The notes beneath the pieces were generated by a model, which saw nothing but the letters and a program-made list of their open reading frames with translations, ran no database searches and was not told the origin of the DNA. A stretch of DNA of 64,000 nucleotides from a virus, in the IMG/VR virus record IMGVR_UViG_3300032242_003148, positions 1-64,000 of that record; one strand, given 5' to 3'. Position 1 is the stretch's first letter, and each line of letters starts with the position of its first letter. Below, piece after piece: positions 48,922-58,023 of this stretch. A program made the position numbers and the translations under genes.

Positions 48922-49247
48922 TGTGTTATTAGTATTTGTATAACGTCATTTGTTTTTGCCGGCTGAACGCTAAGTCGCGTTATTTTCTTCTTTTTGAACC
49001 CCTGGTGTTCCAATGCGTCATTGAGTTCATATTCTATGGCTTCCTTGAATTCTCCGTGCGAGAGTTCTATGTTTTCTTTTTTATGCGATACAATGATATC
49101 AGTTTGAGTAATTCCTATTATTACTCCGTTGATTACCTCGCAACACGGAACTATCAAGCTAAAGGTACCCTCTGGATCCCCCCTAAAGGAGATCCAGAGC
49201 ATATCAAAAGAGGGAATATTCATTACTGTTTCTTCTCCCTCGTACAT
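48918..49247 (-). CDS. Hypothetical protein
   Basis: Likely start MYEGEE at 49247, directly after the upstream stop. Confidence 0.5.
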   Translation of the reverse strand: MYEGEETVMNIPSFDMLWISFRGDPEGTFSLIVPCCEVINGVIIGITQTDIIVSHKKENIELSHGEFKEAIEYELNDALEHQGFKKKKITRLSVQPAKTNDVIQILITQ

Positions 49248-49248
49248 A

Positions 49249-50253
49249 TTATACCTCAAGCTTACGGAAGTATTCCCCAGAGATATTGGCCACATCGGTC
49301 ATACTCTTGGCTTCCGAGATAACATTGGTTAACACTCCCTGCAGTTCTTTGACTGCGTCCTTGTCCTTAGCAAAGTCTGTTTCTCCTTTAAGGAGCTTTT
49401 CGACCTTGCTAAGCTCTGCCTCTATGGTCTTATCTTCTATGAAGTTAAGATCACGGAACTCGTTGATGTGTTTCATGAGTGTTTTGATGCTGGTCTCGGA
49501 AACAACCTCTTTCTTTGAGATTTTACCAAGTACAACAGAGCAATGTTCAACCACCTTGCTACGCAGGGTGTTGATAACATCGCCAACGAACTCGTTGATT
49601 TTACCCATGTGAGTATCCAACTGGTTCTTGTACTCCTGCTTGTACTGACGCGCAGCTGCAAGTTTAGCTTCACCAGCAGCCTGCTCACGATTGATTTCAG
49701 TATGAATATCAATGTCAGCAAACTCAGTAGGCAGTTTAACCTCGAAGGATACAATTTCGAATGAGAACTTGCTCTTCACGTTTTCAACGCTAGGATATAG
49801 ATATTCCATATCATCAACATTGATCTGGTCTGCAAACTGCTTGTAGTACTCTATAGCCTCCTCCTTGTAGGTTGGATACTTCTCGATAAACTCATCACGC
49901 ATTTGGATGAACGCTTCTTTATACTCATTCAGCTTCTGATAGACCTCTACATACCTTGCCTTAGGGACAAAGTGTGCTTGAGGAACCAGTGGAAACTGGA
50001 ATGAGTTGGCGTACAAGTAGTTACGGGCCTTGGCCTGTAGACTGCGGAACAGGTTATGTACCGCAGGCTTGATAAGCATTTTCTTGCCGAGCTGAATAAC
50101 CTCAGGAAGTTTGTTATCTAATTTGATATCTTCTTCCGTGAGGCTGTAGCTCATTCCCCACATTGCTATGTGTACATTCACAAGCTTTCCATCTTGGAAT
50201 ACCTTGTCGTAGTACTGCTGCAGTGTGTCTGATATTTTGTGTTCTCTTTCCAT
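49249..50253 (-). CDS. DUF3150-like protein
   Basis: LVNV.I..W....L...D.....LG.K.LI, AR.YL and FVP motifs; helical C-terminus. Confidence 0.6.
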   Translation of the reverse strand: MEREHKISDTLQQYYDKVFQDGKLVNVHIAMWGMSYSLTEEDIKLDNKLPEVIQLGKKMLIKPAVHNLFRSLQAKARNYLYANSFQFPLVPQAHFVPKARYVEVYQKLNEYKEAFIQMRDEFIEKYPTYKEEAIEYYKQFADQINVDDMEYLYPSVENVKSKFSFEIVSFEVKLPTEFADIDIHTEINREQAAGEAKLAAARQYKQEYKNQLDTHMGKINEFVGDVINTLRSKVVEHCSVVLGKISKKEVVSETSIKTLMKHINEFRDLNFIEDKTIEAELSKVEKLLKGETDFAKDKDAVKELQGVLTNVISEAKSMTDVANISGEYFRKLEV

Positions 50254-50254
50254 A

Positions 50255-51823
50255 TTATTCCATTGAGATGCTAAGCTTTCGCATAGCGGTTTCTATTGTT
50301 TGGGTTTCGCCCTGATCGTTAAGCATGACTAGCTTGCCGCGGGCTTGTTTACGCATGGTCTGAAGATCTTCCTCGTGCGAATGGGCAAAAGGAATAAACT
50401 CATCCAACTCTGCTAATACATCCTTATCGGATATTTCTTTACCAACATCAAATGCCCTGAACAATGCAGATTTAACCACATCTTCAATCTCAGCACCTGT
50501 GAATTCATCTGATTCAACAACAAATTTCTTTAGATCGAAATCTGAGGGATTGCGGCCATATTTCTTCAATACTACATTGAAGATTTCACGACGTTCTTCA
50601 TCGCTAGGTAGATCAACCCAGAATAACTGGTCAAACCTACCCTTACGAATAAGAGGTGTTGGTAGTATGGTATGATCATTAGAGGTTGCCACAATAAAGG
50701 CAGGATTAGTCCTGTCATTGAGCCAGCCAAGGAACGTACCAAAAATACGAGAGCTAACACCCGTATCCCCCTTACCTGAAACTGCGTCCTTACTAAGACT
50801 CTTTTCAATCTCATCAATAAGGATTACGCATTTACCAATGCTCTCTATAACCTTGATTGCTTCTCGCATGTTACGCTCACTATTACCAACATGAGAATCA
50901 AAGATAGACCCCATGTCGAATTGGAACAATGGGCAGTCAAACTCCTTGGCAATAGATTTACTCACTAGAGTCTTACCCACACCAGGCACAGAGGCCAGCA
51001 ATATACCCTTTGGTAGAGGCAGCTTATAGTCTCTTGCATCCTGTGAATACGCCTTTTTCCTAGAGCGAATCCAACGTTTTAGGCCGTTAAGCCCACCCAC
51101 ATTATCAAACGATATATCAGATGGGATATAGGTTAGCAGTCCATTTTTCTTCAGCTGCTGAATCTTCTCATCGAATACCGTACCCACAAATGGCTGTTCA
51201 AAGCTCTTCGTGGTGGTGTATGCCATAGCAAAAGCATTCTCAATTTCACCAAAGGTCATACCCTTGGCTGCTTCTACTGCCGCTTCTTTGATTTCTTCAG
51301 GAACCACTAGGGCGTCCATTTTATTGTCCTCCCGGGCCTTGTTAACAGAATCAATAATAAATGCTAGACGCTCCTCTATGCTCTTTGCACCAGGGAGATC
51401 GTAGTCTATCAACTGAATCTCTTTTTCCATTTCCGCAGGTATTGCGAATTTATGGCCAACAAGAACCAACATGTTACCCTTGGTCTTTAGAATATTCCAA
51501 AGGTTCCTGAGCAGGCGGATGTTAATCACCTTGTCGAAGTGAAGGTGGAAGTCTTTTAGGATAAAGATATTATCCTCTTCTCTGTAGCTCTGTAGATACT
51601 TGAGAAGCTCTGTGCTGTTATTTAGCCCTTCTGGGTGAATTTGATTTGTATCTTTAAGATTAACCAATCCACGTTGGGCATCCCAGGTGTGTATCTTTGT
51701 TACCTCATCCGTGGAGAATAGCTCCAGGATATCTTTTACTACCCTCTCCTCCTCATGGGTTAGGATGAACAGGCTAGGATAGTGTGCTTTGTAATAGTTT
51801 TTGAATTTTTGTGTGAATTCCAT
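50255..51823 (-). CDS. Ycf46-like AAA+ ATPase
   Basis: T.EEER, LKDFH, VGGL..LK.W, VPGVGKT, IDEIEK, RKGRFD and FTGAEIE motifs. Confidence 0.9.
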   Translation of the reverse strand: MEFTQKFKNYYKAHYPSLFILTHEEERVVKDILELFSTDEVTKIHTWDAQRGLVNLKDTNQIHPEGLNNSTELLKYLQSYREEDNIFILKDFHLHFDKVINIRLLRNLWNILKTKGNMLVLVGHKFAIPAEMEKEIQLIDYDLPGAKSIEERLAFIIDSVNKAREDNKMDALVVPEEIKEAAVEAAKGMTFGEIENAFAMAYTTTKSFEQPFVGTVFDEKIQQLKKNGLLTYIPSDISFDNVGGLNGLKRWIRSRKKAYSQDARDYKLPLPKGILLASVPGVGKTLVSKSIAKEFDCPLFQFDMGSIFDSHVGNSERNMREAIKVIESIGKCVILIDEIEKSLSKDAVSGKGDTGVSSRIFGTFLGWLNDRTNPAFIVATSNDHTILPTPLIRKGRFDQLFWVDLPSDEERREIFNVVLKKYGRNPSDFDLKKFVVESDEFTGAEIEDVVKSALFRAFDVGKEISDKDVLAELDEFIPFAHSHEEDLQTMRKQARGKLVMLNDQGETQTIETAMRKLSISME

Positions 51824-51824
51824 T

Positions 51825-52304
51825 TTATACGGGTTTGTGTGTTTCTTTTAATGCTTGACCAAGTTCTGTGCCTCTTATGGCAAAGAAATCAAGGATATGC
51901 TCCATAATAGTGTTTAATGGAGTGGTGCCTCTCTTTCTAGCCATTTTCTTAATATACTCCTCCTCATGTGGTGGCAGCTTGGAGAGTAACCACACAGAGC
52001 CATTATATAATGGGTGTGAGGCTATCTGTAGCTCCTGAGGAGATTGCGGGGTGTCATTGTACCCCATCGCAGGTTTGCTTCTTATAGCAAGCTTCACGGG
52101 CTTTCTAAACCCTGCCAGCTTGTCTTCCTTCTTAAGTGGAGCCGGCAATGGTGTTTTAACCTTTGGGGGCCTTCCACGTCTTTTAGCCGGAGTTACCTCT
52201 ACAGCTTTAACCTCTTTTCTAGGTCTACCCCTACCTCTTTTAACGGGAGGAGTCTCATTCTTAATTATTTTTTTGTTAACCTTTTTCTTTTTTCTTCTTT
52301 TCAA
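51825..52304 (-). CDS. AT-hook-containing basic DNA-binding protein
   Basis: KRGRGRPRK and KRRGRPPK; TTG start preceded by an ACACACA leader. Confidence 0.65.
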   Translation of the reverse strand: MKRRKKKKVNKKIIKNETPPVKRGRGRPRKEVKAVEVTPAKRRGRPPKVKTPLPAPLKKEDKLAGFRKPVKLAIRSKPAMGYNDTPQSPQELQIASHPLYNGSVWLLSKLPPHEEEYIKKMARKRGTTPLNTIMEHILDFFAIRGTELGQALKETHKPV

Positions 52305-52325
52305 TGTGTGTGTTGTTTTGAAGGG

Positions 52326-52517
52326 TTATACCTTTTTAGGTCTTGGTGGTTGTTGCATAGGTTTCTGAACTGGAGGTTCAGGAATATGCGTTAACTCTTT
52401 GCGTTGCTGAGACTTGCTGCTATCTGTATAATACTGACTAAGAATTGGTCTTAATACCGGCTCTACATATCCGCAAAGTCTGTCCCTAACTTTATAATAT
52501 ATTGCTGTTTTGCTCAT
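52326..52517 (-). CDS. Hypothetical protein
   Basis: Short ORF just downstream of a TGTATAAT element. Confidence 0.45.
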   Translation of the reverse strand: MSKTAIYYKVRDRLCGYVEPVLRPILSQYYTDSSKSQQRKELTHIPEPPVQKPMQQPPRPKKV

Positions 52518-52687
52518 TAATTAATTATACACTACTTCTTTCCATAGATTGGATAATATTTTTTATTTCCCTTCACTTTAGGTGTTAGGGTGGATATTAG
52601 CGAATCTAATGATCTGTATGTAAAATCATATAGTGCAACAAAGTTGTTGCCTTGTTGCGGTTTTTTACTTAACTTCTTTCTTGTTCT

Positions 52688-54391
52688 ATGTCCCATTCTG
52701 ATGTCAAAGATACTATAGAAAAACTTTTCCAGGTTGGTACCAAGGATGCTGTTTTTCGTGCTCGACAGCTGATGTTTTCGGTACTTCCGCCCTCTCATTT
52801 TGTCGAGAACTATTTGTTCGATAACGAGGGGAGGCTTCAAGATTTAACTGATTTCCCGATGCTTAAACATGTGTATGACCACATGCCACAGAAACTGCTC
52901 CTTAAGTGTAGTCGTAAGACTTTAAAGAGTACACTTTTGAGTAACTTCGTGTGCTTGAATATGTTGAGATGGAACTACTACAAGATGCTCTATATTGGCC
53001 CTCAGGAATTAACTGTTAAGTATTTCTCTAGTAATTACCTTCCACCCAGATTTGATAGCCCTAAGGTTAAGAATATGTTGGTGAAAGGTTGGGATAAGAA
53101 TGATGTGTTTGAAAAAATTATGGGCGATACCAGAAGCAGTATCTTGTTTCGTTATGTTAAAGATGATGCTACGCGAGTCCGTGGACCTGCGGTTGATTGT
53201 ATTGTTTATGACGAGGTGCAAGACATGATGTATGACCAGATTCCTATTATCCAGGAAACTATGGCATTGAGCCCTTACAAAAGAGAGATCTTTGCAGGTA
53301 CTCCTTTGGATAGCACGAATACTATTCATAGTTTATGGAAAACAACGAATCAGCTTGAGTGGATGATGCGCTGTGGATGTGGTCATTGGAATAGTCTCAC
53401 AGAGGGTAATGACCCAATGAAAATGATTTTGGAGCACGGTTTGAGTTGTTCTAAGTGCTCTAAACGTATTAATGCAAGAGATGGTGAATGGGCGGCAGGA
53501 AATCCTACTAACTTCCTGATGACTGGTTATCATCTAGCCCAGCCTATACTGCCATTCTTTAATGAAACTGAAAAAGAGTGGAAAGAAATTTATGAAAAAT
53601 GTACTAGTGGTAAGTACGATCATAAAAAGATAATGAACGAAGTGTTTGGGCTTACTTTTGATATGGGTACAAAACCCATCACAGAAGAAGAACTTCGTCG
53701 TGTTTGTGTGTTAGGTAAGATGTTGGATAGTAATGGTAAAAAGCTTATTCATGAAAAGAACCGGCCGATGTATAAGATATACACGGTGGGAGTGGATTGG
53801 GGTGTTTCTATGGTTCAAAGCAGAACTATATGCACTGCAGGAGCCATGAGAAACGATGGAGTGTTTGAGATTTTCTATGTAAAGATATTCAATGGATTTG
53901 ATCATGAAGGGCATATTAGAAACATCTCAGAGTTAGCTAATGATTATAATGCCTTTTGTGTGGCTGACTCCGGTCCTGACCCTATCAGAGGAATTAAACT
54001 GTGTGAATTAACAAGCCCTACACGTTCGCAATTAGCAACATATAGGAGAAGTAAAGTTATTCAGTATTTTGATATGGGAGATTACGATTGGAGGCAAAAC
54101 CGTTGGGTGCTACATAGATCTGATGTTATTTCATTGGTTATACGCCAAATAAAGGCAGGTAAAATATTGTTCCCTAATTGGGAAGAGGTGTCCGACTATA
54201 TGCAGGACTTATTGAATGTTTATGTAGAAGTAAAGGATGGTATGTACGGTCAGGAAATGTTCTATAACCACAACCCCAACCAGCCTGATGATGCAATGCA
54301 CAGTCTTGTGTTTGCTGTTTGCGCCGCCTACATGGCCGCTGGAGATATTAGTCTCCAGGGCGCAAGTAGTAGTGCAAGAGATGTTATTTAA
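52688..54391 (+). CDS. Terminase large subunit (lambda gpA-like)
   Basis: L..FP, KCSRKTLKST (Walker A variant), RG..VD..VYDEVQD, GTP, Zn motifs CGCGH/CSKC, nuclease GVDWG and PDDAMH. Confidence 0.85.
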   Translation: MSHSDVKDTIEKLFQVGTKDAVFRARQLMFSVLPPSHFVENYLFDNEGRLQDLTDFPMLKHVYDHMPQKLLLKCSRKTLKSTLLSNFVCLNMLRWNYYKMLYIGPQELTVKYFSSNYLPPRFDSPKVKNMLVKGWDKNDVFEKIMGDTRSSILFRYVKDDATRVRGPAVDCIVYDEVQDMMYDQIPIIQETMALSPYKREIFAGTPLDSTNTIHSLWKTTNQLEWMMRCGCGHWNSLTEGNDPMKMILEHGLSCSKCSKRINARDGEWAAGNPTNFLMTGYHLAQPILPFFNETEKEWKEIYEKCTSGKYDHKKIMNEVFGLTFDMGTKPITEEELRRVCVLGKMLDSNGKKLIHEKNRPMYKIYTVGVDWGVSMVQSRTICTAGAMRNDGVFEIFYVKIFNGFDHEGHIRNISELANDYNAFCVADSGPDPIRGIKLCELTSPTRSQLATYRRSKVIQYFDMGDYDWRQNRWVLHRSDVISLVIRQIKAGKILFPNWEEVSDYMQDLLNVYVEVKDGMYGQEMFYNHNPNQPDDAMHSLVFAVCAAYMAAGDISLQGASSSARDVI

Positions 54392-55509
54392 GCTTTACCA
54401 AAGCCAATAACTCTATCTTCTTCTTTATCTTCTTTGTGACGATTATCTTCGTCTAAATAATAGATATCAGCAATAGACATACTCTCTGTTGCGGTATGTT
54501 GTATACCTAGAGAGTCTATTAATTTCTGACTATCTTCTACCGATAATTTCTTGAACTCATGACTGACTTTCAACCTGCCTTTTCTTAACAAGGCCTTATC
54601 AAGATTTTCCTTTTTGGTATTGAATGTAGCAATAATACTTACATTCAAGGTACTGCTTATAAAGCTATCCGTAAGATTAAGTATGGTTGATACCAGTGAT
54701 GAGTTTCCTCTATCTTCTTCCCGGGATAATAGTGCCTTTTCTGCGTCTTCTATAACAAGAATCATGTTCCTATTACTCATGAGCAGTGGCAGGAAGTTTG
54801 GCGATGTCAGGCTATCAATAAGGCTAATAGGGATATAAACAATCTTTCTATTTTTTACTGTTGATAGCAGATGTTTGATATACGAGGATTTACCTGTGCC
54901 TGGATCCCCATAAAACAGGTATAAACCAGAGGATTTATTCTTTAATGAGTCTATAACACTATCATGTACTTCTTTAAACTCAGTACCGTAATTCAAATCA
55001 AGGTTAGTGTCTAATACAGGCACATCTAGTGGCTGTAAATCTGTATCCCCATGTTGGCTTACTAATAGGTATATCTTTGCTTCTGCTTCATGTTTGAACT
55101 TAGACAACTCCTCACCTAACTTTTTTAGTTTTTCAGGGGAGCCACCACAAGCCTGAACAGCGCAGGTTTTTACTTGTTTAGGTTTATTAAGATTATAACT
55201 TTCTTCGCTAATGTACGGCAGATATTCTCTTGATCTTCCGTAATCGCTAACCTCAAGAATAATATCCAGATATTCTCCTTTACCTAGCCAGAATCCTGAT
55301 TCTGATAGTTTTCCCCCTTTAAACGCAAATTCTGAATTTAATGGATCAAAATTATCAGATATAAACTGGCTAGTCTTTTCTAAATCAAGCGGATCTCCAA
55401 CGTATACCTTAGATGGTAATGTTCCGTTTTCTTTATTATATAAGTATTCTACTCTAGTGTCACCTAATCCAGACGGACGGTCGAATAGGTCTGTGTGTGC
55501 TTTTTTCAT
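54388..55509 (-). CDS. AAA+ ATPase
   Basis: GDPGTGKS, IEDAE, ILN.TD and D.ALLRKGRL; C-terminal IGF. Confidence 0.88.
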   Translation of the reverse strand: MKKAHTDLFDRPSGLGDTRVEYLYNKENGTLPSKVYVGDPLDLEKTSQFISDNFDPLNSEFAFKGGKLSESGFWLGKGEYLDIILEVSDYGRSREYLPYISEESYNLNKPKQVKTCAVQACGGSPEKLKKLGEELSKFKHEAEAKIYLLVSQHGDTDLQPLDVPVLDTNLDLNYGTEFKEVHDSVIDSLKNKSSGLYLFYGDPGTGKSSYIKHLLSTVKNRKIVYIPISLIDSLTSPNFLPLLMSNRNMILVIEDAEKALLSREEDRGNSSLVSTILNLTDSFISSTLNVSIIATFNTKKENLDKALLRKGRLKVSHEFKKLSVEDSQKLIDSLGIQHTATESMSIADIYYLDEDNRHKEDKEEDRVIGFGKA

Positions 55510-55511
55510 CT

Positions 55512-56066
55512 TTATTTAATGTCTGTCATATATTTCGTCACATTATCAATTTTCATATTAAATATTTCTTCTAGTGCCAGATTTTTTTCTTTGTCATCTC
55601 CGTCGGTTGGGGAACCTTCTGGCATGATAGCATTAGGAAAGATATCAGGAGCTTTGCAAAAACCGTATTCATGAAATACCCAGCCAGCATAAGCTTTAAC
55701 AGAGTCACTATATTCTAGCTGTTCCATTTTAAGCAATAGTGCTTCTGTAATTCCAATAACGGTCTCCTCTGCTTCTGAGGGCTCGAAGTCTTCAAAATCT
55801 TGATGATTATGATTTGTTAAACTGTTGAGTACTTCGAATGTTCGTACATCCGTCTCATACATATCTGTGGTTAACATAACAATCACAGCCTGAATCTTAT
55901 CGGACTGCAGATCAGTTATTTTTATGTCATACTTAGTCTCTAGCTCGTTTCTGAGAAGTTGAGGTTCCCATGTAAAAGAGTCCACGCCAAATTCCTCCTG
56001 TATAACGTAGGCCAAAGCCATTAGCGGAGCAGTTTGATCTTTTAATATTTCCTTAGAGGATTTCAT
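55512..56066 (-). CDS. Hypothetical protein
   Basis: 184 aa acidic ORF. Confidence 0.65.
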   Translation of the reverse strand: MKSSKEILKDQTAPLMALAYVIQEEFGVDSFTWEPQLLRNELETKYDIKITDLQSDKIQAVIVMLTTDMYETDVRTFEVLNSLTNHNHQDFEDFEPSEAEETVIGITEALLLKMEQLEYSDSVKAYAGWVFHEYGFCKAPDIFPNAIMPEGSPTDGDDKEKNLALEEIFNMKIDNVTKYMTDIK

Positions 56067-56083
56067 TTAGGTTTTATTAGATT

Positions 56084-56155
56084 TGGCAGAGGCAGGAGTT
56101 GAACCTGCTGTCTCAACGTTATGAGCGTTGCGAGATACCGTTTCTCTACTCTGCG
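56084..56155 (-). tRNA. tRNA-Met(CAT), initiator-like
   Basis: Cloverleaf CGCAGAG/CTCTGCC-A with a C1:C72 mismatch, A11:U24, anticodon arm CAACG-CTCATAA-CGTTG and T-loop TTCAACT; no encoded CCA. Confidence 0.88.
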
Positions 56156-56174
56156 TTAAATCTTAATTCTTGTT

Positions 56175-56203
56175 AAGATATCAATGTTTCATATCTTTTG
56201 CAA
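56175..56203 (-). promoter_or_regulatory. Sigma70-like promoter for tRNA-Met
   Basis: TTGCAA-17 bp-TATCTT on the minus strand, about 20 bp upstream of the tRNA. Confidence 0.5.
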
Positions 56204-56211
56204 GTTGTAGA

Positions 56212-56697
56212 TTAGGCCTGGTTCAAGATAAAGTAATCTTTACCCTGATCGTATACTGCTTTAATTGCTGCTGCTGCCCATACCACGTGCTCTACAGGGG
56301 TGTGCGCATAGTCGTAGAACTGTACCCTGTTGGTTGTCCATGGTGTTTCCGCAGCATCTCTGGTTGAGAAATAAATACGTGCAGAAGTTCTAGCCCACAG
56401 ATCAAACTCAGAGGGTTCGTAATTTTCTTGGGTATTCACATATGGCTTATCTAATAGAGTATGAACCTCGCAATAAGCCTTAAAGAAGGTTTTGTGCCAT
56501 AACTGAGGATCAGCGTGCACCATAGTGTTGTAACCCTCCATTCTGCATTGATGTAGAACATCTGCAAGATCTGGTCCGTTTTTCCAACTCCATTTGTATA
56601 CGTCTGCTCCCCATCTACGAACATGTCCGCAGTCATTCCAAAGTACTTTAATTCTAGCTTCCATTTGTTGTGTGTTTATATTTCCCAGAAACCCCAC
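56212..56697 (-). CDS. Hypothetical protein
   Basis: ORF present; the start may be MEARI. Confidence 0.55.
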   Translation of the reverse strand: MGFLGNINTQQMEARIKVLWNDCGHVRRWGADVYKWSWKNGPDLADVLHQCRMEGYNTMVHADPQLWHKTFFKAYCEVHTLLDKPYVNTQENYEPSEFDLWARTSARIYFSTRDAAETPWTTNRVQFYDYAHTPVEHVVWAAAAIKAVYDQGKDYFILNQA

Positions 56698-56867
56698 TCT
56701 ACTTGAGGGAGTGTGTTTTCTGGTTTGAATGTAGGTATTTGTGATCCGTCCGAGTACTTACCTACACGTAGTATTTCGGCGGCTTTGTCTTTCGCATCCC
56801 AGGGGGCATCAGCCTCCACGGATATAATAGTAGTATATATTCTCTTAACCTTTACCTCATACTTCAT
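56676..56867 (-). CDS. Small hypothetical protein
   Basis: MKYEV.V.......VEA....A pattern common in small phage proteins; ACACA leader. Confidence 0.55.
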   Translation of the reverse strand: MKYEVKVKRIYTTIISVEADAPWDAKDKAAEILRVGKYSDGSQIPTFKPENTLPQVEWGFWEI

Positions 56868-56886
56868 ATTGTGTGTACAATAAAAA

Positions 56887-56923
56887 ACCTCCCTGGTGCG
56901 CTTCAGTGAGAGGCGTGGGAGGT
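56887..56923 (-). terminator. Intrinsic terminator
   Basis: ACCTCCC...GGGAGGT followed by TTTTT on the minus strand. Confidence 0.6.
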
Positions 56924-56945
56924 ATTATTTTATTTTTTTACTTTT

Positions 56946-57998
56946 TTATACTGGGCGGATACCCGAGATCTCTTCGAACAGCTTGATGTCTGAACGTGGC
57001 ATTGTAGGGAATACTTCTGCAAGCTTTGTGGAATCTGCTGGATCCAGGTCGAATCCAAAAGCTTCCTCATACTTGTCCTTACCTACCTTTTGAAGGTCAT
57101 CAATGAGATACTTGTCGCCGTGAGCCTCAACAAAGTTAAGATCACTTGCAACTTTCTCTATGCTCTTCGTGAAGATCATGTCAACAGGGTCACGAAGAAC
57201 CTGTGCGACTTTAACATTATCATATAGACCTTCCATATTCTCAATATGGGCTAGGGTCTCTGCGAGTTTCATAACCTCTTCTGATGAGCTTATGTTTTCG
57301 ATATCTGCAGAGATTTTCTCATACATCTCTTTATGTTCTGCTTGCTTGAGCTTTGTGCTTCTTCTCCAGACTTCTGTTTTTAAACCAGCAAAGTCAGGAT
57401 AGAAATAACCGGCATACTTAAGGAGCAGATCAGGAACCTCGTCCACGCCTAGCTCACCGGCGACCTTAACGGAATTCTCTGCTAGCTTGGTTCTCCACTC
57501 AAATGGATAGTTATGGATGTTGTTTACAATGTGGTCCATATTCTCCCTGAGGTCAGCTGCAGTTTTAACAGGATAAAGATCCATAGCACCCAAACCGGCA
57601 AGTTCAAAGTTACCTAAGTGTGTTTCTGGATAATCTGAGCTAGCCTGTTTTGTGAACTCATTAGAGTAACTATTGATATCTTCCTCAATTTGGAATATCT
57701 CAGCGGCCTCTTTAATCTTGTTTTCTAGTTGACGAACATACCCATCACCGTATAGCTTTTCTATATCAGCTTTCTTGCTGATGAAATAAGCATTACTCAC
57801 ATATGTACGGGCAGCACTATTCAGGGGATAAATCCTACGATCTTCATCCGCAAACGCCTCTTTGGGTAGGCCTTGGAGGGTATCATAGTCATCCACAGAA
57901 GCGGTCTTCACATATTCAGGAAGTGCTGCAACGCGGAGTAATTGATAAAGCTCCTTATTGGAGTAGTCGGTGGATTGGTCAAAATTTAATGAACTCAT
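56946..57998 (-). CDS. Hypothetical (possibly virion) protein with recurring K-x-A-S/A motifs
   Basis: KTAS, KEAA, KQAS, KTAA and KVAS; FA....R.YPL motif. Confidence 0.65.
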   Translation of the reverse strand: MSSLNFDQSTDYSNKELYQLLRVAALPEYVKTASVDDYDTLQGLPKEAFADEDRRIYPLNSAARTYVSNAYFISKKADIEKLYGDGYVRQLENKIKEAAEIFQIEEDINSYSNEFTKQASSDYPETHLGNFELAGLGAMDLYPVKTAADLRENMDHIVNNIHNYPFEWRTKLAENSVKVAGELGVDEVPDLLLKYAGYFYPDFAGLKTEVWRRSTKLKQAEHKEMYEKISADIENISSSEEVMKLAETLAHIENMEGLYDNVKVAQVLRDPVDMIFTKSIEKVASDLNFVEAHGDKYLIDDLQKVGKDKYEEAFGFDLDPADSTKLAEVFPTMPRSDIKLFEEISGIRPV

Positions 57999-58023
57999 AA
58001 TTTTATATTTACCTTATTTTAGC

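Noticed and set aside
52532-52840. 102 aa minus-strand ORF overlapping the terminase start
   Set aside because: Its 5' half is antisense to the terminase; only a short version starting MGHRT is plausible, and that is unsupported.
35159-54391. Introns or inteins in the polymerase, helicases or terminase
   Set aside because: The ORFs are uninterrupted and of normal length, with no intein-like insertions noticed.
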